A stretch of DNA of 32,000 bases from Xanthomonas campestris pv. campestris str. ATCC 33913 (GTDB lineage: Bacteria; Pseudomonadota; Gammaproteobacteria; Xanthomonadales; Xanthomonadaceae), in NCBI RefSeq assembly GCF_000007145.1, contig NC_003902.1, forward strand, positions 4,616,497-4,648,496. The letters run 5' to 3'. Within the stretch, counting starts at the first letter, position 1. Every line of letters starts with the position of its first letter. A program made the position numbers and the translations under genes. Under the pieces are notes generated by a model. The model did not search any database and was not told the origin of the DNA. It worked only from the letters and a program-made list of their open reading frames with translations. Shown here piece after piece: positions 16,858-24,884 of the stretch.

Positions 16858-17099
16858 GGCACACGGCCGGCGCGGCGCGCGCCCGGCATCGTCGGATACC
16901 GCGCTGAGACGTCCGGGACGCAGTGCGGGCGCATGCGTTGCAAGCGCCGGTCACACCGGCACTTGCCCGCGCGTTGCCAACATCACACGCTACAAGCAGC
17001 GCCCTGCGGATGATGCGGCGCAGGCGTCCTCTGCCGCGGCGACTGCGCGGCCAACCCGGGCGACCGCCACATCACCTCTCGCATCACCCGGAGCCAGCC

Positions 17100-18191
17100 A
17101 TGTCGTTGCCACCTCCCTCGCCACACCGCGCACGCAGCCCTGTGGTGCCCTTGCTGGGTATCGCAGCGATTGCCGGCGGCATCGCCATCGCGTTCGCCTG
17201 GACCGCCGGCTGGATTGGCGGCGACCGGCTGACCGCCGCACGCATGACCGACACCATCGAATCCAGCGGGCCGCCGCATCCGGGCTTCCGGCGTGCGCAT
17301 ACCAAGGGCGTGTGCGTGAGCGGGCAGTTCCAGTCCAGCGGCAAGGCCACCTGGGTGTCGTCAGCACGCATTTTCAGCCAGGCCAGCACACCGGTATTGG
17401 GCCGCATGTCGATTGGCGGCGGCGACCCGCATGGTGCCGACGGTGCGGCCCGCGTGCGCAGCATGGCGCTGCAACTGCGCAGCGATGACGGGCAGGAATG
17501 GCGCACCGCCATGAACAGCTTTCCGTTCTTCGTGGTGGCCACCCCGGCCGGCTTTCAGGCGCTCAACGTCGCCTCCAAGCCCGACCCGGCCACAGGCAAA
17601 CCCGATCCGGCCAAGCTGGCGGCGTTCGGCAAGCAGTACCCGGAGGCGGCCAAATTCCAGCAGTGGGCCAAGACCGCGCCGTGGTCGGACAGCTGGGCGA
17701 ATACCCAATACAACGGCGTCAACGCCTTCCGCGCGGTGGCCGCCGATGGCCGCGAGCGCTACATCCGCTGGTCGATGCGCCCGCACACGCCGTTCAAGGG
17801 CTTGAGTGCGGAACAACGCGCACAGGCCGATGGCGATTTTCTGGCCACCGATCTGGATGCGCGCCTGGCGCAGGGGCCGTTGCGCTGGGACATGGTGCTG
17901 ACCGTCGCCGAGCCCGGCGACCCGGTGGATGACCCCTCCCAGCCATGGCCGGCGAGCCGCCGCCAGATCGTGGCCGGCACGTTGTCGCTCGACCATGCGC
18001 AGCCGCAGGCCAGCGGCCCATGCCGCGATCTCAACTACGACCCGCTGATCCTGCCCAAGGGCATTGCCGCCTCCAACGACCCGATCCTGGCGGCGCGCTC
18101 GTCGGTGTATTCGCAATCGTTCAATCGACGCGAGCGCGAGATCGCCAGCGGTAAAGGCGGCGCCGCCACCGGCCAGGGAGCCCACCCATGA
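17100..18191 (+). CDS. Catalase-related (haem) peroxidase family protein with N-terminal membrane anchor
   Basis: GGAG at 17090-17093 precedes ATG 17100. A TM/signal segment (VVPLLGIAAIAGGIAIAFAW) is followed by FRRAHTKGVCVSGQF and RxxxxxR motifs typical of the small catalase-like clade. The track start at 16923 is an extension. Confidence 0.8.
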   Translation: MSLPPPSPHRARSPVVPLLGIAAIAGGIAIAFAWTAGWIGGDRLTAARMTDTIESSGPPHPGFRRAHTKGVCVSGQFQSSGKATWVSSARIFSQASTPVLGRMSIGGGDPHGADGAARVRSMALQLRSDDGQEWRTAMNSFPFFVVATPAGFQALNVASKPDPATGKPDPAKLAAFGKQYPEAAKFQQWAKTAPWSDSWANTQYNGVNAFRAVAADGRERYIRWSMRPHTPFKGLSAEQRAQADGDFLATDLDARLAQGPLRWDMVLTVAEPGDPVDDPSQPWPASRRQIVAGTLSLDHAQPQASGPCRDLNYDPLILPKGIAASNDPILAARSSVYSQSFNRREREIASGKGGAATGQGAHP

Positions 18192-18730
18192 GCAGCCGTA
18201 CCCACTTCAATCTGCCCGCACGCGTGCTGCATTGGCTGATGGCCGCGATGATCCTGACCATGCTGTTCGTCGGCGTGGGCATGGTGGCCTCAGTGACGCA
18301 GCGGCCGTGGTTGATCGACCTGCATCGCCCGCTGGGCATCGCCATTTTGATTCTCGCCGTGCTGCGGTTGATCAACCGCCTGCGCAACCGCCCGCCGCCG
18401 CTGCCCTCCGATCTGCCGGCCTGGCAGAAGGCGGCAGCCATCGCCTCGCACTGGCTGTTGTACGCCTTGATGCTGGGCATGCCGCTGATCGGTTGGGCAA
18501 TGCTGTCGGCCGGCGCGTATCCCATCGTGTTGTGGCCGGGCGCGCAGTTACCGCCAATCGCACCGCATGACCCGGCGCTCTATGCCTGGCTGCGCAGTGC
18601 GCATGGCTGGCTGGCGTATCTGTTGTTCGCCACCGTGCTGGGGCATCTGAGCGCGGCGCTGTTCCATGCCTGGGTACGCCGCGATGGCGTGTTTTCCAGC
18701 ATGGCGCGCGGGGAGCGGTCCGCGCGTTGA
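18188..18730 (+). CDS. Cytochrome b561 family protein (CybB-like)
   Basis: ATGA overlap with the upstream gene. Four TM helices with conserved His: RVLHWLMA, DLHRPLG, ASHWLLY, LGHLSAALFH. Confidence 0.85.
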   Translation: MSSRTHFNLPARVLHWLMAAMILTMLFVGVGMVASVTQRPWLIDLHRPLGIAILILAVLRLINRLRNRPPPLPSDLPAWQKAAAIASHWLLYALMLGMPLIGWAMLSAGAYPIVLWPGAQLPPIAPHDPALYAWLRSAHGWLAYLLFATVLGHLSAALFHAWVRRDGVFSSMARGERSAR

Positions 18731-18738
18731 TGGATGGG

Positions 18739-18747
18739 GGCTGGGCT
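18739..18747. repeat. Left copy of 9-bp target-site duplication GGCTGGGCT
   Basis: Identical 9-mer at 20098-20106, directly abutting the IS inverted repeats. Confidence 0.85.
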
Positions 18748-20097
18748 CTAAGGTATCCCCACGTTTTACACCGTAAGCGTCATCTGCTCGCGCACTGCCG
18801 CAGGCAGTGCGCGCAAGCGCCCTATCCACCGTGAGACGGGTTCCATCGGCCACTGCCTGACCAGCGCTTCTCGGCCGATGCGTAGCGTGGAGTAAAGCTT
18901 GCGTGTGCTGTTGCGAGGAGACAGCCACTGGGCGATACCGGTCGCTTCGCATCCCAGCCCCGCCAACCAGCTGGCGAATGCAGCCAACGTATTGATCAGC
19001 AGCAGGATCTGCAGTCGCTCGCCGCGTCGGGTCAAACTGTCTTCCAGCGCCTGGCCGTAGCGATGTGATTTCAGATCGCGAAATGCAAGCTCGATCTGCA
19101 TCCGTCGTGCGTACACATTGACCAACTGCTTTGCGCTGGGCGCCTGCAGCTGCGGGGATGCAACGATGAGCCAAGGCTCGCGCTCGCGCGCTGCGGCCTT
19201 CAGACTCGATGACGCACGCGAGACTTTGGCGGGTGAGCGGCGATTGCACTGTTTGCGCCCTTGCCGTGCCTTGGCGTAAATCACCAACCTGCAATCGAGT
19301 GGATCGCTGCGATTGGCCTGCATCGGCGGTAACTCGCATGCACGATTGGACGCCAACACATGCAGTTTCCGGCTGTCGATCCACTGATCTGCTTCATCCC
19401 GCACGTCCTGCGGCTTGACTTGCGTGCGCCCGCGCAGTCGCCCAACCCAACACCAGCCCATGGCCGATACAGCGCGGAACCACGGTGTCCGGAAGCCGGC
19501 GTCAGTGACCAGGATCGGGCGAACATCGTCCGGAACCAGTGCCCTCAGTTGTTGCAAGAAGCGTCTTTCTGCACCAGGCGATCCCTGCTGCTTTCCTGGC
19601 ACTACCATGTCCAGCAAGGTAAGCGTGCGGCCGCCCACCGGCACCGCTGCGCGCAGCAGACACCACGATTTGTCTGGCTTCAGATCGCTCCAGTCGATGA
19701 CGATTACCGGCTGCGCGCCGCGCAGCAGCCAGTGCGCCATCTCGTGGTCGATCACTGATCGCTCGACCTGCAAATTGCGATTACTCAACAGGCGATCAAC
19801 TGCCTTGAGCGGCGCGCGCACCCGCAGTGCGCTCGGCCACGAACGTGCGATGTCCATCAGTGTCAGCCTGCGTCCGTGCAACAACGCCTCGACCGCATGC
19901 AGCAACGCGCGTTCGCGCAACGCATGCATCCCGGACAGTGAGTTGGGCAGGCACTTCTGCAATACTTCGCTGGCGCGCATGGTCGTCAACCTTCTCTGGC
20001 TTAGTCACCTTGAAGATTGCGCCATGCGCGCACTTTCTTCCAGGCAATTACGTCGCAAGTGATTGATTTGCCAGGAGGAAATGTGGGGAAACCTCAG
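18748..20097 (-). mobile_element. IS4-family, IS10-like insertion sequence (1350 bp), apparently intact
   Basis: The terminal inverted repeats CTAAGGTATCCCCACGTTTT (18748-) and CTGAGGTTTCCCCACATTTC (reverse complement of -20097) match at 16/20. They resemble the IS10 ends (CTGAGAGATCCCC...) as I recall them. One transposase ORF and a perfect 9-bp TSD. Confidence 0.9.
18766..19980 (-). CDS. IS4-family DDE transposase (IS10 Tnp-like, 404 aa)
   Basis: MRASEVLQKC... is colinear with IS10 transposase from memory: VDRLLSNRNL, IDWSD, TDAGF, KQLVNVYARRMQIELAFRDLKS. The last motif gives the Y-2-R-3-E-6-K signature. ATG 19980 is preferred over the track's TTG at 19989. Confidence 0.9.
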   Translation of the reverse strand: MRASEVLQKCLPNSLSGMHALRERALLHAVEALLHGRRLTLMDIARSWPSALRVRAPLKAVDRLLSNRNLQVERSVIDHEMAHWLLRGAQPVIVIDWSDLKPDKSWCLLRAAVPVGGRTLTLLDMVVPGKQQGSPGAERRFLQQLRALVPDDVRPILVTDAGFRTPWFRAVSAMGWCWVGRLRGRTQVKPQDVRDEADQWIDSRKLHVLASNRACELPPMQANRSDPLDCRLVIYAKARQGRKQCNRRSPAKVSRASSSLKAAAREREPWLIVASPQLQAPSAKQLVNVYARRMQIELAFRDLKSHRYGQALEDSLTRRGERLQILLLINTLAAFASWLAGLGCEATGIAQWLSPRNSTRKLYSTLRIGREALVRQWPMEPVSRWIGRLRALPAAVREQMTLTV

Positions 20098-20106
20098 GGC
20101 TGGGCT
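20098..20106. repeat. Right copy of 9-bp target-site duplication GGCTGGGCT
   Basis: See 18739-18747. Confidence 0.85.
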
Positions 20107-20108
20107 CC

Positions 20109-20127
20109 CTTCTCCCGCCGGGAGAAG
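20109..20127. repeat. REP-like hairpin CTTCTCCCG-C-CGGGAGAAG
   Basis: Perfectly complementary 9-nt arms around a single C. It is part of the pre-insertion intergenic sequence between convergent genes. Confidence 0.6.
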
Positions 20128-20213
20128 ATGCTCCGCAGGGGCGGATGCGGGTACGGGCGAAGCATCGGGTTCGCCGCCGTCTGGAGTGGCTTTGCCGCGT
20201 ACCCTCTCCCCAA

Positions 20214-20236
20214 CCCCTCTCCCGACGGGAGAGGGG
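20214..20236. repeat. REP-like hairpin CCCCTCTCCCG-A-CGGGAGAGGGG abutting the stop of the ThuA-like gene
   Basis: Perfectly complementary 11-nt arms ending 1 bp from the TAG (20237-20239, minus strand). It may act as a terminator for the minus-strand gene, though there is no T-run. Confidence 0.6.
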
Positions 20237-21025
20237 CTAGCGCTGGCGTTTTGTCTTGGCCTCTGGCGCGGATGCGTCGATGCCCTTGCCCGTCGCGGCC
20301 CAGTAAATCCCGCCGTACAGATGCTCCAGATAGCGCGGGTCGTTGTAGGCCTCGGCCAGATGGCCCAATGCCGTGGCGAAGACGCGGCCGCCTTCGAAGC
20401 GGTGGTACCACGCCACCGGGTGCTGCCTGCCCATGCCCTTGGCGACCTGGCCGGGCCAGATCAGCGTGGGGTCGTAGCTGGATTCGTCCACCGTCATCAG
20501 CGTCACTAACTCATCGCTGTAAGGCGGGTCGTATTCGTACCACTCATCGGTCCACACCCAGCGCGCAGGCAAGCCGGCCGTGGCGGGGAAATTGGCGTCC
20601 ACCACATCCACCATGGCGGTCTGCATGTACGGATGGGTGCGGAACGACCGCCCGATCAAATGGTCGTACCACTCCCAGTCGCCGCGCTTGATCGCAAACG
20701 CCTTGTGCACGGCAACCACACCGCCGCCGTTACGCACGTACTTCTGAAAGTTGGCGCGCTGGGTGGGATCCAGATCGGTGGCCGGTGTGTTGAGCAACAC
20801 GATCACCGCGTACTGCGACAGATCGCCATCGAAGGCCTTGGCATTCCAGGCCCACACCAGTTCGACGTAATGCTTGCGCGCCATCGCTTCGAACTGCGGC
20901 TTGGCGACGGGAATGTAGTCGTGGTGATATTGGTTGGGAATGGCCGCCACCAGAATCTTGAATTGCTCGGCAGATGCGTTGAATGCACACGCCAATAGCA
21001 AACCCAACAGCCACAGATGTTTCAT
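20237..21025 (-). CDS. Secreted ThuA-domain protein (class I glutamine-amidotransferase-like fold)
   Basis: Sec signal MKHLWLLGLLLACAFNASA, followed by FKILVAAI..., YAVIVLLNT, GGGVVAVHKA, RTHPYMQ and TDEWYEY, the ThuA pattern. Confidence 0.85.
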   Translation of the reverse strand: MKHLWLLGLLLACAFNASAEQFKILVAAIPNQYHHDYIPVAKPQFEAMARKHYVELVWAWNAKAFDGDLSQYAVIVLLNTPATDLDPTQRANFQKYVRNGGGVVAVHKAFAIKRGDWEWYDHLIGRSFRTHPYMQTAMVDVVDANFPATAGLPARWVWTDEWYEYDPPYSDELVTLMTVDESSYDPTLIWPGQVAKGMGRQHPVAWYHRFEGGRVFATALGHLAEAYNDPRYLEHLYGGIYWAATGKGIDASAPEAKTKRQR

Positions 21026-21206
21026 GCAATGCGCTCGCGTTGATCACCCATCAACGAGTGTACCTGCGCACGCGTGGCATGCCTTTCCCTGCGTTTTGGA
21101 ATAGGTGTCCATGCGTGTCCTGCACTGTGGATGTCACCGCAATACATCGCGCGTGCAACCGCGGAACATCGCGCATGCCGTGCACGCGTATCAGCGCATC
21201 ACTTGC

Positions 21207-21809
21207 TCACAACCAGCCTTTTTGCCGCGCCAGGCGATACGCTTCGATGCGATTGGCCACGCCCAGTTTGCCGATGCATTCGGACAGGTAATTGCGCACG
21301 GTGCCGTGCGACAACTGCAGCTGTTGTGCGATCTCGCTGGCCGAGCGGCCTTCGCCGGCCAGCCGCAATACGGTGCGCTCGCGCTCGCTCAAGGGGTCGG
21401 CTTCCACCCAGGCGTCCATTGCCAGTTGCGGGTCGATCACGCGCCCGCCGCGCTGCACCGTGCGCAAGGCGCTCACCAGTTGTTCGGCCGGCGCATCCTT
21501 GAGCAGGTAGCCGGCCACGCCGGCATCCAGGGCGCGGCGCAAGAATCCGGGGCGTGCAAAGGTGGTCACGATGATCACGCGCACCGGCAACGCCTGCCGC
21601 TGGATGCGCTGCGCCAGCTCCAGGCCGGTGAGCACCGGCATCTCGATGTCGGTGACCAGCACGTCCGGCTGCAGGCGTTGCAGCTCGCGCCAGGCGCTTT
21701 CGCCATCGGCGACGCTGCCGACCACCGTGATGTCGTCTTCCAGGCCGAGCAAGGCCACCAGCGCACCGCGCAGCAAGGCTTGGTCTTCGGCCAACAGGAC
21801 ACGGATCAT
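21207..21809 (-). CDS. NarL/LuxR-family response regulator (DesR/LiaR-like)
   Basis: MIRVLLAEDQ..., DVLVTDIEMP receiver, plus the C-terminal HTH SEIAQQLQLSHGTVRNYLSECIGKLGV. Confidence 0.9.
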   Translation of the reverse strand: MIRVLLAEDQALLRGALVALLGLEDDITVVGSVADGESAWRELQRLQPDVLVTDIEMPVLTGLELAQRIQRQALPVRVIIVTTFARPGFLRRALDAGVAGYLLKDAPAEQLVSALRTVQRGGRVIDPQLAMDAWVEADPLSERERTVLRLAGEGRSASEIAQQLQLSHGTVRNYLSECIGKLGVANRIEAYRLARQKGWL

Positions 21810-21897
21810 CGGTCGCGCTCGCATGCATGCAACGGCTGCGCACGATAGCAGCCGCACGCCTGGCGTGTATGCGACACGCGCACCGACCGATGCGCCG

Positions 21898-23085
21898 TCA
21901 GTGCGACTGTGGCATCAGCGGCACCGGCAGCGGCGGAGTGGCCGGCGCCAGCGTGGGGCGCGGCAGCGGCACGCTGGCACGCAAGCGCATGCCACGCGGC
22001 AGCGCTTCCACATCCAGTGCACCGCCCAGGCCTTGCAGGCGCGTACGCATGCCGTCCAGGCCGTTGCCGGGCACGATCACGCCACCGCGCCCGTCGTCGG
22101 TGATTTCCAGCACCGCATGCGCGTCCTGTGCCTGCAGGCGGACCCGCACGCGTTTGGCCTGCGCATGGCGCTGCACATTGGTCGCGGCCTCGCGCACCAC
22201 CAGCGCGAGCGCGGTCTCGTGTTCGGGTGGCAAGGCCAGCGTTTCCAGGTGCTGCTCCAGCACGATGCCGTCCAGGTCCAGCAACACCCGCGCCGAGGCC
22301 AGTTCGGCCACCAGCCCGGCCGCACGGATGCCGGTGACCGCGCGCCGCACCTGCGCCAGCGCATCACGCGAGATCTGCGCCACCGCATCGATCTCGCTGC
22401 GCGCCGCCTGCGGGTCGCGCTCGATCAGGCGCGCGGCCAGATCCGACTTGAGTGCCACCAGCGACAAGGTGTGCCCGAGCAGATCGTGCAGATCGCGGCC
22501 AATGCGCTCGCGCTCGGCAGTGGCGGCCAGCCGCCGCACTTCATCCTGTGACAGCCGCAGCAGCATGTCCTTGCGCTCGTTGACGCTGTACACCGCGCCG
22601 ACCGCCGCCATGCCCAGCACCGAGACCGGCAACCACACCAGCGATTGCCAGCCCAGCCCCAGCCAGCGCGCCCAGCCCAGGTACAGCAGGTTCATCAGCA
22701 CCAGCATGCCGAAGTGCCGCCACAACGCGTGCCGGGTGGAGGGGCGCAGGCTCAGGCAGGCAAACACGAAATAGCTGATGCCGGAGGAATACACCGGCAG
22801 CAAGACCGCGCTGAGCACGCCCATGGCCCAGGCGTAGCGATACAACTGGCCGCGCGGGGCGAGCAGCATGCGCGCGTACAACAGCAGGAACACCGGATAC
22901 GAGAGCAGCGTGCACAGCAGCCAGGTGGCATCGTAGCCACGCGAAGAAAACACCGGCACCACAAAGATCCAGGCCGACCACAGCAGGTGTACGCAATCCA
23001 TCCAGGGCGACTGCCCTTGCGCAAGGCGTGCGCTGACCTGCGAATTGGCGGCGGGGCGTAACCAGGCAGGAAGCGGAAAGCGCAT
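21898..23085 (-). CDS. Membrane sensor histidine kinase, HisKA_3 (DesK/LiaS-like)
   Basis: Several N-terminal TM helices, H-box ERIGRDLHDLLGHTLS, and ATPase region REAATNVQRH...DDGRGG...GNGLDGMRTRL. The start at ATG 23085 (MRFPLPAWL) was chosen over the track's 23292. An 88-bp gap separates it from the regulator gene. Confidence 0.85.
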   Translation of the reverse strand: MRFPLPAWLRPAANSQVSARLAQGQSPWMDCVHLLWSAWIFVVPVFSSRGYDATWLLCTLLSYPVFLLLYARMLLAPRGQLYRYAWAMGVLSAVLLPVYSSGISYFVFACLSLRPSTRHALWRHFGMLVLMNLLYLGWARWLGLGWQSLVWLPVSVLGMAAVGAVYSVNERKDMLLRLSQDEVRRLAATAERERIGRDLHDLLGHTLSLVALKSDLAARLIERDPQAARSEIDAVAQISRDALAQVRRAVTGIRAAGLVAELASARVLLDLDGIVLEQHLETLALPPEHETALALVVREAATNVQRHAQAKRVRVRLQAQDAHAVLEITDDGRGGVIVPGNGLDGMRTRLQGLGGALDVEALPRGMRLRASVPLPRPTLAPATPPLPVPLMPQSH

Positions 23086-23310
23086 CTGGATGAGTCCGGT
23101 GAGGAAGCTGGAGTCTGCCACTGTGGCGCGCGCAGTGGACTGGAACAGTTGAGCACGCAGCCGGTCTGTAAGGCACGGCCCGCTTGTCGCGTGCGCCAGT
23201 GCGTACACCTGCGATGCGACGGGCGCAGCGCTGGCACCGCATGCCTGGCGAACGCGACAGCCTGGCACGCACCCAGCATTGCGTACTGCCACCGCTGCGC
23301 CCAGTTGCCG

Positions 23311-23339
23311 CTGTCATGTGCGGCGGGTGACAGCTGTCA
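23311..23339. promoter_or_regulatory. Candidate operator: CTGTCA-N11-TGACAGCTGTCA in the divergent TCS/ABC promoter region
   Basis: A perfect 12-bp palindrome TGACAGCTGTCA (23328-23339) plus a third half-site CTGTCA (23311-23316). It lies 138-166 bp upstream of the MFP start. Function is inferred only. Confidence 0.35.
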
Positions 23340-23476
23340 CTGGCGGGCACGATGCGGCAGTTGCATGCTGCGCGGCACCCCACCCCGTTGGTCGCCTTCG
23401 TATTGGTGACTTCCGGCAGCTTGCGGCACGGCGCCCGGCCGGTCACATTTCGCGCAGCACCCCGTCACGGTCAACG

Positions 23477-24715
23477 ATGAACACTTCCGCCGATCTGCTC
23501 AAGCAACTCCGTATCGACCGCCAGACCCCGCCACCGGCCCCGTCCCGGCGTGGGCTGTGGATCGGCCTGGCCATCGTGCTCGTCGTCATCGTTGCCGCCG
23601 CGTTGTGGTGGTTCAACCGGCGCCAGGTCATCGAAGTGCAGACCGCACCGGTGGTGGCGATCAGCGCCGGCAGCAGCAGCGCCTCGGTGCTGGATGCTTC
23701 CGGTTATGTGGTGGCACGACGCATGGCCACCGTGTCGGCGCAGGTCACCGGCAAGGTGCGCGAGGTGATGATCGAAGAAGGCATGCGCGTGGAAGAAGGC
23801 CAGGTGATGGCCACGCTCGATCCGCTGGACGCCGACGCGCAACGCACCTTGTCCGCCTCGCAACTGTCGGCCGCACGCAGCCAGGTGGACAACATGCAGG
23901 CGCAGCTGGCGGTGGCCAATGCCGATGCCTCGCGTCTGCAATCGCTGGTAGGGGCGCAACTGGTCTCGCGCTCGCAGTACGAACAGGCCACCGCGCAGCG
24001 CGATGCCTTGCGTGCGCAGCTGCAGAATGCGCAGCGCAATGTGCAGGTAGCCTCCAATCAACTGGCGATCTCGGCGATCCGCTCGGACTTCAACGTGGTG
24101 CGCGCGCCGTTTGCCGGTGTGGTTACTGCCAAGGCGGCGCAGCCGGGCGAAATCGTCTCGCCGCTTTCGGCCGGCGGCGGCTTCACCCGTACCGGTATCG
24201 GCACCATCGTCGACATGGAATCGCTGGAAATCGAGGTGGAAGTGGGCGAGTCCTACATCGGCCGGGTGCAGCCGAAGATGCCGGTCGAAGCGGTGCTCAA
24301 TGCCTACCCGGAATGGAAGATTCCCGGCGAGGTGATCGCCATCATCCCCACCGCCGATCGCGGCAAGGCCACGGTGAAGGTGCGCGTGGCATTGAAGGTC
24401 AAGGACCCACGCATCGTGCCGGAAATGGGCGTGCGAGTGAGCTTTTTGGAACCGGCCAAACCGCAGGAAGCGGCCACGCCGCAAGGCGTGCGCGTGCCCG
24501 CCGCCGCGCTGGTGGAGCGCGATGGCGCCACGGTTGCCTTCGTGGTCGATGCGGAAAACCGCGTGCAGGCGCACACCGTCACCACCGGCGTCACCCTGGG
24601 CGAGGACAGGCAGGTCAGCAAGGGCCTCGCCGCCGGCGACAGCGTGGTGTTGCAGCCGCCGGCGCAGTTGAAAGATGGCGACACGGTGGTCGAGGCGGCC
24701 GCCGAGAGCGAGTGA
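23477..24715 (+). CDS. Periplasmic adaptor (membrane fusion protein, HlyD/MacA-like)
   Basis: N-terminal TM anchor (LWIGLAIVLVVIVAAALWWF), a coiled-coil hairpin (QLSAARSQVDNMQAQLAVANADASRLQSL...QYEQATAQRDALRAQLQNAQ), lipoyl half-motifs, and a C-terminal beta-barrel. Confidence 0.9.
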   Translation: MNTSADLLKQLRIDRQTPPPAPSRRGLWIGLAIVLVVIVAAALWWFNRRQVIEVQTAPVVAISAGSSSASVLDASGYVVARRMATVSAQVTGKVREVMIEEGMRVEEGQVMATLDPLDADAQRTLSASQLSAARSQVDNMQAQLAVANADASRLQSLVGAQLVSRSQYEQATAQRDALRAQLQNAQRNVQVASNQLAISAIRSDFNVVRAPFAGVVTAKAAQPGEIVSPLSAGGGFTRTGIGTIVDMESLEIEVEVGESYIGRVQPKMPVEAVLNAYPEWKIPGEVIAIIPTADRGKATVKVRVALKVKDPRIVPEMGVRVSFLEPAKPQEAATPQGVRVPAAALVERDGATVAFVVDAENRVQAHTVTTGVTLGEDRQVSKGLAAGDSVVLQPPAQLKDGDTVVEAAAESE

Positions 24716-24737
24716 TGCACGCGATGGCGCCTTTGCA

Positions 24738-24884
24738 CTAAGAGCGGCTAACAAAACGTAGCGAGCAGCCGTCAGGTGGGTGCGGACGGCGCGGAGGAAC
24801 CGGAGTGTACGGGGGACATGCCGATTCCGATCACCGGCCGCGCCCGCCTGGCGGCTGCGCAGTCGTTTTGATAGCTGCTCTAAG
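24738..24884. mobile_element. 147-bp palindromic MITE / REP-doublet-like element (non-coding)
   Basis: The 21-nt termini CTAAGAGCGGCTAACAAAACG and CGTTTTGATAGCTGCTCTAAG are reverse complements at 18/21. The inner arms 24765-24776 and 24847-24858 are complementary at 11/12. A related partial copy lies at 2341-2392. Confidence 0.6.

Noticed and set aside
23263-23278. Sigma-54-like TGGCACGCACCCAGCA (GG-N10-GC) upstream of the MFP operon
   Set aside because: The -12 element is CAGCA rather than TTGCA. The adjacent regulator is NarL-type, not an enhancer-binding protein. The match is too weak.
24738-24884. Palindromic element as an integron attC site
   Set aside because: The left end contains GGCTAAC/GTTAGCC, resembling the attC inverse core and core. 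The right end reads GATAGCT instead of GTTRRRY. No intI or cassette array is nearby.
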